Positions 7,595 through 16,169 of a stretch of DNA of 64,000 nucleotides are shown piece by piece (the first letter of the stretch is position 1; the number at the start of each line of letters is the position of its first letter). The DNA comes from an uncultured Acidobacteriota bacterium (GTDB lineage: Bacteria > Acidobacteriota > Vicinamibacteria > Vicinamibacterales > UBA2999): the NCBI GenBank assembly GCA_963750995.1, contig CAVVST010000003.1, positions 217,018 to 281,017 on the forward strand, read 5' to 3'. A program made the translations under genes and the position numbers. The notes under the pieces were generated by a model. It was not told the origin of the DNA. It was given only the letters and a program-made list of their open reading frames with translations, and did not search any database.

Positions 7595-9778
7595 CTAGTT
7601 CACCGTCCGGCCACCCTTACGTTTCGGAGGCCCGCTGCTGGTGATTTCGTCGAGCTGTGCAACGACGGCGGCGAGACCAGGATCGAAGAAATCTGCGGCC
7701 CGTTCGCCCCGCCGACGCATTTTCTTCCGGTTCTTCTCGGCGACTGCAGGGTCCGTCTCGGCGGCTTCGACTTCCACAACCACCGGCGCGGCCTTGGCCT
7801 CCGTTTCACGCGTGGCCTCTCCAGGCCCGTTCGTGGCCTGGAAACGCAGACCGGCCGCACGCGCTACCTCGGCGGCCCGGGCCGCTTCCGCGGCTGCGAG
7901 CTCCTCCGCGGCCCTGGCGGCGGTGGCAGCACGGGAGGCCTCTCCCGCCGCGCGGTGCGCTTCGGCGGCTCGCCCCTCGGCCGCAACCCGCGCGGCTTCC
8001 TGGGCTGCGCGAATCTCCTGGTTCGCTTTCGCTTCCGCGGCCGCCCTCGCCGTCTCGGCGACGACGCGGCGCTCTTCGGCAGCATGTGCGTCGGCGAGCG
8101 CTTTCGCGCGCCGTTCTTCGGCCGCCTTGGCCGAAGCCGCGGCCTTCGCCGCGCCCAGTTCCTCCGTGATGCGTGCGTCGGCCGCCGCCTGCGTGGCCTG
8201 CTCGGCGGCGGTCCGCCGTGCCTCGACCTTCCTGGCTTCGACGACGGCCCTGGCCGCGCGCTGCTCTTCGGCGATGCGGACGTCGGTGGCAGCCTGCGCA
8301 GCCTGCTCGGCGGCGTGCTGTTGCTTGACGGCCCTGGAATCCGCCGCCGCCCACGCGGCTTCGGCGGCCGCCAGGCGTGCCTCCGCCTTCCTGGCTTCGA
8401 CGGCAGCCTTCGCGGCGCGCTGCTCTTCAGCGATGCGTACGTCGCTGGCCGCCTGCGCGGCCTGCTCGGCGGCACGCTGCTGCTTGACGGCCTTGGCTTC
8501 CGCCGCCGCCCACGCGGTTTCGGCGGCCGTCAGGCGTGCCTCCGCCTTCCTGGCTTCGGTCGCGGCCTTCGCCGCGCGCTCTTCTTCCGCAATTCGTACA
8601 TCGGTGGCAGCGTGCGCCGCTTGCTCGGCGGCTCGCTGCTGCTTCACGGCGCTGGCCTGCGACGCGGCGACCGCAGTTTCGGCGGCGGCGCGGCGTTCCT
8701 CGGCGGCATCCGCTTCCGCAGCAGCTCTTTCGGCCCGTTGCTCTTCGGCGACTCGCGCATCAGCTGCAGCGTGCGCCGCCTGCTCGGTGGCTCGCAGCCG
8801 ATCGATGGCTTTCTCCTCGGCCTCGGCCCACGCCGCTTCGGCCGCAGTCAGACGCGCCTCGGCCTTCCTCGCGTCGGCCGCGGCCTTCGCCGCGCGCTGC
8901 TCTTCGGCGATTCGTGTTTCAGCGGCAGCCTGGGCGGCAAGCTCGGCGACACGGTGCTGATCGAAGACTCCGGCCTCCGCCGTGGCCCACCCGGCCTGGG
9001 CGGCTGCCAGACGATCCTCGGCTCTCTGTGCTTCGGCCGCCACTTTCGCGGCGCGCTCTTCTTCCGCAGCCCGCATTTCGGCGGCGACCTGCGCCGCCTG
9101 CTCGGCGTCACGCTGCTGATTGACAGCCTTGGTCTCCGCGGCGGCGACCGCGGCCTCAGCGGCGGCGAGCGCCGCTTCGATCGCGGCAAGCCGCTCTTCG
9201 GCCGCCGCAGCTTCGGCCAAGGCCCCGGCAGCACGGCGCTCTGCGGCCGCGCGCGCATGGGTGGCGGCCTCGACGTCCCGGTCTTCGGCGGGTTCAGCCT
9301 CCACCACGGCTGCCGCGGGCACGTCCGGAGTCTGGATCAATGCCGCAGCCTGTCGCCTCTCTTCCACAGCGCGTTCGAGGTATTCCACGAGCTGTTCACC
9401 GAAGACTTCCGGTGCGCAACCCGCCGAGCGCTCTTTGCCTTTGCGCAGCATCGACAGCTTGCCGCGTGGTTTCTTCGCAGCCGACGGTGCCAGTATCGGA
9501 ATCGAGAGCGTTTGCACGTGCGCAGCGGCGGCGCCCAGTTCGCGTAGTCGAATCGTCAGAGCCGTCTCGTCCTGCGCCGACAGCAGTAAGGGGGTCAGCA
9601 GCAGATCGGGTACGCGATTCCGGAGCGCCTCGAGCGCATCGTCGACAGATTGCGCCAGCACGAGTTCTGCCCTGAGCCCCCGCGCTATGGCCGTGAGCTG
9701 GGTGATCTGTTGTCGGTTGTTCTCGATAGCGAGAATCAAAGGCATCAGGGAGTGGAGCCGGGGCAAGTCCCATACCAC
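7595..9778 (-). CDS. receiver-like (pseudo-receiver) domain protein with long Ala/Glu/Arg/Gln-rich tandem-repeat coiled-coil region
   Basis: The N-terminal ~110 aa follow CheY topology (PLILAIENN...DDALEAL...PDLLLTPLLL...SIPILAP). The acidic pair is EN, and Thr replaces the phospho-acceptor Asp. Six 53-aa repeats and a basic tail follow. Confidence 0.7.
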   Translation of the reverse strand: MVWDLPRLHSLMPLILAIENNRQQITQLTAIARGLRAELVLAQSVDDALEALRNRVPDLLLTPLLLSAQDETALTIRLRELGAAAAHVQTLSIPILAPSAAKKPRGKLSMLRKGKERSAGCAPEVFGEQLVEYLERAVEERRQAAALIQTPDVPAAAVVEAEPAEDRDVEAATHARAAAERRAAGALAEAAAAEERLAAIEAALAAAEAAVAAAETKAVNQQRDAEQAAQVAAEMRAAEEERAAKVAAEAQRAEDRLAAAQAGWATAEAGVFDQHRVAELAAQAAAETRIAEEQRAAKAAADARKAEARLTAAEAAWAEAEEKAIDRLRATEQAAHAAADARVAEEQRAERAAAEADAAEERRAAAETAVAASQASAVKQQRAAEQAAHAATDVRIAEEERAAKAATEARKAEARLTAAETAWAAAEAKAVKQQRAAEQAAQAASDVRIAEEQRAAKAAVEARKAEARLAAAEAAWAAADSRAVKQQHAAEQAAQAATDVRIAEEQRAARAVVEARKVEARRTAAEQATQAAADARITEELGAAKAAASAKAAEERRAKALADAHAAEERRVVAETARAAAEAKANQEIRAAQEAARVAAEGRAAEAHRAAGEASRAATAARAAEELAAAEAARAAEVARAAGLRFQATNGPGEATRETEAKAAPVVVEVEAAETDPAVAEKNRKKMRRRGERAADFFDPGLAAVVAQLDEITSSGPPKRKGGRTVN
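8174..9127 (-). repeat. six in-frame tandem repeats of 159 bp (53 aa) inside CDS 7595-9778
   Basis: Units look like AVKQQRAAEQAAQAA[ST]DVRIAEEQRAAKAAxEARKAEARLxAAExAWAAAExK. At DNA level, 'cgccgccgcccacgcgg' recurs at 8342 and 8501, exactly 159 bp apart. Confidence 0.8.
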
Positions 9779-10022
9779 CGCTTCCGGCGATGTCCCCTTC
9801 TAACCGCGCCTGATTCATGTCGACTGCCGAGGGTCCGGAGTTTCGAATCAGTGCGGCCCAGGCGAACGCGACTCAATTCCGCATGCCCAGTTACAAGCGT
9901 GTCAGTGGCTGCGTGTACCGGTTTGCCCCAGTTCCTACTACACTGTGCCCGTTCACAGGAACCACTGGTCCACGTGACGGACACGAAACGCGGGCTTATC
10001 GACAAATGTAAAGGAGACCCCG

Positions 10023-11096
10023 ATGGGTAGCAGCACGATCAGCAGGATCCTGATGGGTTTGGTCGCCGTGGCGATAGTGGCCTCAGAGGCCTTTGCCCAG
10101 GCGCCGCCGGCACAGGCGCCGCGTCGATCTATTGAGCAGATTAATGGTGGCGTTTACACCGCGTCGAACAACAACCACCGCACCGTCTTCCTGGTTACGC
10201 CGGAAGGCATTCTTCTATCGGACCCGATCAACGCCGACTTCGCCAAATGGCTCAAGGCGGAGTTGGCCACGCGTTTCAAGGTTCCGGTCAGGTATGTCGT
10301 CTACAGCCACCACCACTGGGACCACGCTTCCGGCGGCGAAGTCTTCGCCGACACGGCGCGGTTCGTCGGTCATGCCAACATGCTCTCGCACCTGGCAATG
10401 CCGCCGGCGTCCACCACGCTGGCGCAGGTCGTCGGGCAGTATCAGCCGGTGACGAAGTTCGATACCAATGGCAATGGACGGATTGAAAAGGCAGAAACGC
10501 CCGACGCCTTCCAGCGAGGCCAGTTCGACGCGTTCGACGCGAACAAGGACGGCGTGCTCACTGGCGCTGAGGTTGCACGTGGACCCGTGAGCTTCGTGCG
10601 CCCGCCCGAAATTACATACAAAGACAAGCATCAGCTCACCCTGGGCGGGAAGCGGGTGGACATCAGCTGGGTTGGCGAGATGAATCACTCGAGGGATTCG
10701 AGCTTCATAGCGTTTCCCGACGACAGCGTGCTGTTCCTGGTCGACTTCGTGTCGTTCCGGCGGCTTCCCAATCAGGAGATGGACTACGAGAACGGGCAGT
10801 GGCCGGAGTGGATGGCCGCGATCAAGAAAGGGGAAGCGTTGGCCGGGGGCTTCAAGTTCGTGGCGACCGGCCATGGACCGGTGGGCACCGTGAAGGACAT
10901 CACCGCGTGGCGGGTGTACTTCGAGAAGCTCCAGGACCAGGTGGCCGCCGGCATCAAGGCGGGCCAGACGCTGGAACAGATGCAGCAGAACATCAAGATG
11001 GCCGAGTACAGTCAGTGGGACGGCTTCAACTGGGTGCCCCTCAACGTCCTGGGGATGTACCACTTCCTGACGGAGGGCAAGCCGGCCGCCCGCTAA
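10023..11096 (+). CDS. secreted metallo-beta-lactamase-fold hydrolase with an inserted EF-hand pair
   Basis: AAGGAG Shine-Dalgarno sequence and a signal peptide ...ASEAFAQ. HxHxDH motif (YSHHHWDHASGG). Two canonical 12-residue EF loops, DTNGNGRIEKAE and DANKDGVLTGAE, at 10461-10571. Confidence 0.8.
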   Translation: MGSSTISRILMGLVAVAIVASEAFAQAPPAQAPRRSIEQINGGVYTASNNNHRTVFLVTPEGILLSDPINADFAKWLKAELATRFKVPVRYVVYSHHHWDHASGGEVFADTARFVGHANMLSHLAMPPASTTLAQVVGQYQPVTKFDTNGNGRIEKAETPDAFQRGQFDAFDANKDGVLTGAEVARGPVSFVRPPEITYKDKHQLTLGGKRVDISWVGEMNHSRDSSFIAFPDDSVLFLVDFVSFRRLPNQEMDYENGQWPEWMAAIKKGEALAGGFKFVATGHGPVGTVKDITAWRVYFEKLQDQVAAGIKAGQTLEQMQQNIKMAEYSQWDGFNWVPLNVLGMYHFLTEGKPAAR

Positions 11097-11175
11097 GGCT
11101 CAATCGTCTGCTCGGTGTCGCTCATCGCATTCGCGACGGGCGGCACCGGACTCGCGCATCAAGCTGCGCTCCGCG

Positions 11176-11679
11176 TCAGTTCGGACCCGCGGAAAGATAC
11201 GCGATCAGCGTTTGCCGTTCCGCCGCCGTCAGCGACGCGCCGAGGGTGACCATCTGGTCGAGGATCGTGTTCCAGTCGCCGGACGCTGACTTGATGCGCG
11301 CCCGCTCGAGGTCATGGCACTGTTGACAACGCCGGGCCAGGATTGCGGTCGCCTCGTCAGCCGCACCTCCTCCCTGGTTGGTCGCCGCCCTGCCGCCCTG
11401 TGGCTGGCCCCGGCCGGTGCCGGTCGCCAGGTAAGCGGTGATCGCGTCGATTTCGTCCGGATACACCTGGGCTCCCCGGCCGATCATGCGATAGACCGTG
11501 TCTTTCCACTCGTCCGCCGACTTCTTGCGCACCTCCAGCATCCGGTTGAGGCCGATGTGGCACGTGACGCACACCTGGTTGACGGCGACCCGCCCCTTCT
11601 CGATCTGGGCTTGTGACGGAGCCTGCCCGGCGAGGGCACGCGACGCGACGGCCTGTGTACCAGCTGCCATCCACACCAT
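11176..11679 (-). pseudogene. dihaem c-type cytochrome, paralogue of 17715-18353, with start codon/N-region lost at a rearrangement junction
   Basis: Two CxxCH motifs (CVTCH, CQQCH), each followed by a W-x3-[VI]-x-[RQ]M motif. An in-frame hydrophobic segment (..WLAAIVSFALWVAMVWMAAG) continues upstream of 11679 with no start codon, up to the junction at about 11720. Confidence 0.55.
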
Positions 11680-11726
11680 GGCAACCCAGAGCGCGAACGA
11701 GACGATGGCAGCCAGCCAGCGAGGTG

Positions 11727-12056
11727 GGAGATTCGATCGGCTGGTGGGAGGGCGACACGCTCGTGGTGGACACCACCTTCAACGGCAAGACGCGGATGGC
11801 GCTCGGTGGCGATTATTACAGCGCGAACGCGCACGTCGTCGAGCGCTTTACTATGAAGGATTCCGAAACCATCACCTGGACGATGACGGTGACCGACCCC
11901 ACCGTGTTCACGCGGCCCTGGACGTTCACGACGGCCGCGCCGATGGCGCGCCAGCGCGAGGGCAGCAACGACTGGAACCGCGCGTTACGACTGCTGGATC
12001 CCGCCTGGGAGTACGACTGTCACGAGGGGAATGTCGTGCTCAAGCACATGCAGAAC
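11727..12056 (+). pseudogene. 3' fragment of a 'GxWEGDTLVVDT'-family gene (paralogue of 22648-23598)
   Basis: GDSIGWWEGDTLVVDTTFNGKTRMALGGDYYSANAHVVERF...DPAWEYDCHEGNVVLKHMQN aligns residue-for-residue with the C-terminal third of 22648-23598. The 5' two-thirds and the last ~25 codons are absent. Confidence 0.7.
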
Positions 12057-12337
12057 GTCGGCGCCTCGACGGTCACCCGGCTGCCATCGAGCTTGTAGAC
12101 GGCCGCGAATGGTGATTGCCGCACGCTGCTGCGCTTCACCGAGAGCTCGGTCGGCGACTGGGCGACGACCATCTGGCTCGGAAAGGGCACGTCGGCCCCG
12201 TTCCCCGCGACTTCCGGCCCGCTCTTGTCGTAATTGAGCACCCAGGTTCCGCTGAGATCAGGCCTGCCCTCGGCGAGCGACCCCGGGGACGCCGCCAGCC
12301 CGAGGGTGGCGGCCAACATAATCAGCGCTCGATTCAT
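12057..12337 (-). pseudogene. 5' fragment of a lipocalin-like secreted protein gene (paralogue of 23629-24126 and 42890-43393)
   Basis: GGAGGGG Shine-Dalgarno sequence, then MNRALIMLAATLGLAASPGSLAEGRPDLSGTWVLNYDKSG...AVYKLDGSRVTVEAP. Homology stops at about 12057, where the convergent WEGDTL fragment abuts. Confidence 0.7.
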
Positions 12338-12491
12338 GGAGCCCCTCCACACAGCGCCGTAAGTCTAGACCCTGCCCCACTTGCAGACTTGACTCCTGCG
12401 CGGATCCTCTGTATCAGGGTGGTGCCGCGAAACGGCTCATGCGACATACTTGACGGTTCCGGCGGAGGAAGGATCTGAACGGAGGATAGTC

Positions 12492-15438
12492 GTGCTCAGA
12501 ATTGGCAAGGTTGGAGCGATTTTCGTGTTTGCGGTGTTCATGCCACTCGTGGCGTCCGCGCAGGCTGTGATCAGCGGCGTGGTGAGGGACGCGTCGGGCG
12601 CCGTGCTTCCGGGTGTGACCGTGGAAGCATCGAGTCCCGCACTCATTGAAAAAGTACGGACGACCGTGACCGACGGCACCGGCCAATATGCGATCGAGAA
12701 TCTGCGTCCCGGCCAGTACATGGTGACCTTTACGCTGCCGGGGTTTGCCACGGTGGAGCGCGAAGGGGTTGAGCTGTCGGGCAGCTTCAACGCCCGCATC
12801 AACGCCGACCTGCGAGTCGGCGCCGTGGAAGAAACCATCACCGTCACCGGAGAAACCCCGGTGGTCGACGTGGCCAGCACCCGGCAGCAGCGCGTGCTCG
12901 ACCGGGAAATTCTCGACGCTCTGCCGAATTCAGGCCTCCGCACCGGTCTCGGCGTGCTGATTCCGGCCGTGGACTTCCGGCGTCAGGACGTCGGCGGCGC
13001 CGGTGTCCGAGCAGTGACGGGCAACATGGTTGCCCATGGCGCCAGGTCGGAGGACGCGGGAACGACCCTGAACGGCATGACGATCGCGACGTTCGGCACT
13101 GGCGCGGCCACCGCGACGATCTTCCTGAACCCGATGGGACTCCAGGAAATGACGGTGTCGACCGGAGCCAATGATGCCGAGCTGCACGCCGGCGGTGTCC
13201 GCACGAACTACGTGCTGCGCGAGGGCGGCAACGCGTTCAACGGCGTCGTCTTCGGGGCGTACGCGCCGGGCAAGTGGCAGGCGGACAACCTGACCGATGA
13301 ATTGCGGAACCGCGGCCTCGCCGCGCCGAACAAGATCCGGGCGAACTGGGATATCAATCCAGCCTTCGGCGGCCCGATCATGCGGGACAAGATCTGGTTT
13401 TTTGGCGCCGCCCGCTACAACGTCAACGAAGACTACGTTGCGGGCCTCTTCTGGAATAAGAACGCCAACAACCCCAGCGCCTGGACCTACGAGCCCGACA
13501 CTACTCGCCGGGTCTGGAATGAGCAGAGACAGCCCGACACGCAGTTGCGCGTCACCTGGCAGGCGACACCGCGCAACAAGATTGGCGGCACTTATTACAA
13601 CACCAGCTACTGTTTCTGCCCGACCGACGCCTCCGGGGTTCTTTCATGGGAAGCGGGCCAGCGCGCCGAGTATCCCTATCAGCGCCTGTTCGCCGGCGAC
13701 TGGACGGCGCCACTCACCAACCGCTGGCTGCTCGAAGTGAGCGGACAGGTCTACAACTCTGAGAGCAACCGTTCGCCCTGGCCAGACCTGGCGGATGGGA
13801 TGATCCCGGTGCAGGAACAGAACACAGGCATGCGGTACCGCGCCCAGGAAATGTTCCGCATCCAGGATCAGGACGTCTATACGCTCCGCGGCACCTTCTC
13901 CTACGTGACCGGAGCGCATGCCATCCGGGTCGGCGGCTCCAACCGTAGCGGCAACCTCGGCCAGCTCGAGTACAGACATATCCCCGGTCAGCTATCGCCT
14001 GCGGGGCGGCGTGCCCAACCGGATCACCCAGCGGGCGCTCAGCTCATGGAGAGCCAATGTCGGTGCCGACCTGGGCTTGTTCGTCCAGGATCGCTGGACG
14101 CGGAACAAGATGACGCTGACCTACGGGCTGCGCTACGACTACTTCAGCAGCAGCTACCCCGAACAGCACATCGGTCCGACGACGCTGGCGCCGACGCGGA
14201 ACATCACGTTCCCGGAGCAACCAGCGCTTGGCACGCTGCACGATCTCTCGCCGAGACTGGGCGCCGCTTATGATCTGTTCGGCGACGGCAAGACCGCGAT
14301 CAAGGCGAGTCTCAACCGCTACGTGCTGGCGATGGGCCCGGACGTGAGCTTCATTCAGCTCGCCAATCCATCGCGCAACCTGGTCACCAGCGCGACCCGG
14401 ACCTGGAACGACGCCAACCGCAACTACGTGCCCGAGTGCGACCTGCTGAACAACCGCAGCAACGGCGAATGCGGCGCGTTGTCGAACGAAAACTTCGGCA
14501 CCGTGGTCACCAACCTCACCTACGACACCGAGACATTGACCGGCTGGGGCAAGCGGAACTTCAACTGGGAGGTGTCAGCCGGCGTGCAGCGTGAAGTGGC
14601 GCCCGGAATTTCGGCCGAGCTCAGTTACTTCCGCCGCTGGTATGGCAACTTCGTCCTGACCGACGACCTTGCCATCGGACCGGCAGACTTCGATCGCTTC
14701 GTCCTCACCGCGCCGACCGACCCGCGGCTGCCCGACGGCGGCGGGTACCAGATCGAGGGCTACGACATCAAGCCGGCCAAGTTCGGCGTCGCGGCGCAGC
14801 CCTATGTGACGCTCTCGCGGAAGTACGGCGATCAGACGGACAAGTGGAACGGCGTCGATGCGACGCTCAACGCGCGGCCGCGCCCCGGCCTGTTCTTCCA
14901 GGGCGGCGTGAGCACGGGAAAACGGGTTGAAGACAACTGCGACGTGATTGTAAAGGTCGACAATCCCAGCCCGCTGTATTGCCACCGCGACGAGCCCTGG
15001 CTCACGTTCGTGAAGGGCTACGGCTCCTACACGATTCCTCGCGTCGAGGTGCAGGTCAGCGGCACCTACCAGACCAAGCCAGGTCCGCTGGTGCTGGCGA
15101 TCTACACGGCGACCAACGCCGAGGTCGCGCCAAGCCTCGGGCGCAACCTGGCGGGCGCCGCGCCAAGCGTGGACGTCCACCTCTTGTCGCCAGGGCCATA
15201 CACCACCACCAATGGCGGTTCAGGACCCGTGCACGGCGCACGGCTCCACCAGGTCGACTTCCGGATCTCGAAGCTGCTGCAGTTCGGCGGCACCCGGACA
15301 CGGGCGAACATCGACATCTACAACGCCCTCAACTCGAGCGCGGTGCTGATCCAGAACGACACTTACGGAGATTGGCAGCGGCCGACCGAGATCCTGGTCG
15401 CACGGTTCCTGAAGTTCAGCGTGCAGTTTGATTTCTAG
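12492..15438 (+). pseudogene. TonB-dependent receptor (CarboxypepD_reg-type N-terminus), single frameshift (TBDR1)
   Basis: GTG start at 12492 after GGAGGA. It is highly similar by eye to intact TBDR2 and ends ...LVARFLKFSVQFDF. ORFs 12450-14273 and 13918-15438 join if the A at 13974 (gagtacAgacata) is removed, giving ..LEYDISPVSYRL.. Confidence 0.85.
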
Positions 15439-15515
15439 GTGGTAGCTGGTAGTTGGTAGCCGGTAGCAGGAACCGTGAAGTTTCTTGCTGCTGGCTGCCA
15501 ACTGCCGCCTACCGG
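15439..15515. terminator. long imperfect hairpin built from GGTAGNN heptads, between convergent genes
   Basis: Left arm 15441-15470 (GGTAGCT GGTAGTT GGTAGCC GGTAGCA GG) pairs with 15484-15513, allowing G:U pairs and a few mismatches, around a 13-nt loop. It starts 1 nt after the TBDR1 stop. Confidence 0.4.
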
Positions 15516-15605
15516 CTCGCTTTCTTAGGCGCATCTCAGGGGGACGTTCCTGAGAGTCATGTTCGCCGGTTTAGGGTAAATCAACCTCGCGGCGATCGCG
15601 CGCGA

Positions 15606-16019
15606 TCAGCGCGCGTCTGCGCCGACTTCGTCGCTCGTGAATTCCTTCTTCGACTCGACCAGCGTGAAGCTGCTTGCGTTCACTGTCGGCGTGCCGTCCT
15701 TCGCGAGGAAGCCCTTCACGACGACTTCGGCGCCGATGAAGTCCTCGCGGCGGAGGCCGGCGCGGAGCAGGTTGCTGGCTCCGGCGCTTTCGATTTCCCA
15801 GGTCACCATCTGGCCGGTGGTCGGGTTCTTCACGTCGATGTAGATGTGCGCGTGGGGATTCTGCCACCCCATCTTGCTCACCACGCCCCGCAGCGTGACC
15901 GGCTTGTTGCCGTCGTACACCGCCGAGAACGAGTGATGCGCCTCGACCGCAGCGACGGCTCCGAGCAGCGCCACCAGGGTTCCTGCGGCGAGTGCGGCGA
16001 ACGCGGACTTGCTACGCAT
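15606..16019 (-). CDS. small secreted 'A-HH / WxNPH' protein (DUF6152-like), copy 1
   Basis: GGAGG Shine-Dalgarno sequence. MRSKSAFAALAAGTLVALLGAVAAVEA|HHSFSAVY...GWQNPHAHIYIDV. Confidence 0.7.
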   Translation of the reverse strand: MRSKSAFAALAAGTLVALLGAVAAVEAHHSFSAVYDGNKPVTLRGVVSKMGWQNPHAHIYIDVKNPTTGQMVTWEIESAGASNLLRAGLRREDFIGAEVVVKGFLAKDGTPTVNASSFTLVESKKEFTSDEVGADAR

Positions 16020-16169
16020 AGTGCCTCCTGTTGCTCCGAGACTTTCCTGATGCCGCAGACGGCGTCGCCGGTTCTCAGATGAGGTCCTCATGATCAGCGG
16101 AGAGGACAGGCGCATTCCGGGGCGGCGTTTCCGCGGCCCGGAATGCGCTCGAGATGGCAGGCTCGATCG

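Noticed and set aside
8174-9127. Possible CRISPR array, because of the regular repeats
   Set aside because: The 159-bp units are contiguous with no unique spacers. They are in frame within a CDS and translate to a coherent 53-aa repeat. No cas genes are present in the window.
7541-9547. Very long plus-strand ORFs (668 aa at 7541-9547; 439 aa at 7641-8960; others) across the repeat region
   Set aside because: They are antisense or alternate frames of the Ala-rich repeat gene. Their products are Arg/Gly/Pro/Ser low-complexity strings with no domain signal. GC-rich Ala-codon repeats stay open in several frames. The minus-strand frame has a recognisable receiver-like N-terminus and clean 53-aa periodicity.
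11176-12337. Mobile element (IS or transposon) as the cause of the gene-fragment scars here and at 24150, 29387, 35434 and 43475
   Set aside because: No transposase, integrase or recombinase ORF was found, and I saw no terminal inverted repeats or target duplications at the junctions. The fragments all derive from local paralogue families, which favours homologous or illegitimate recombination between cassettes.
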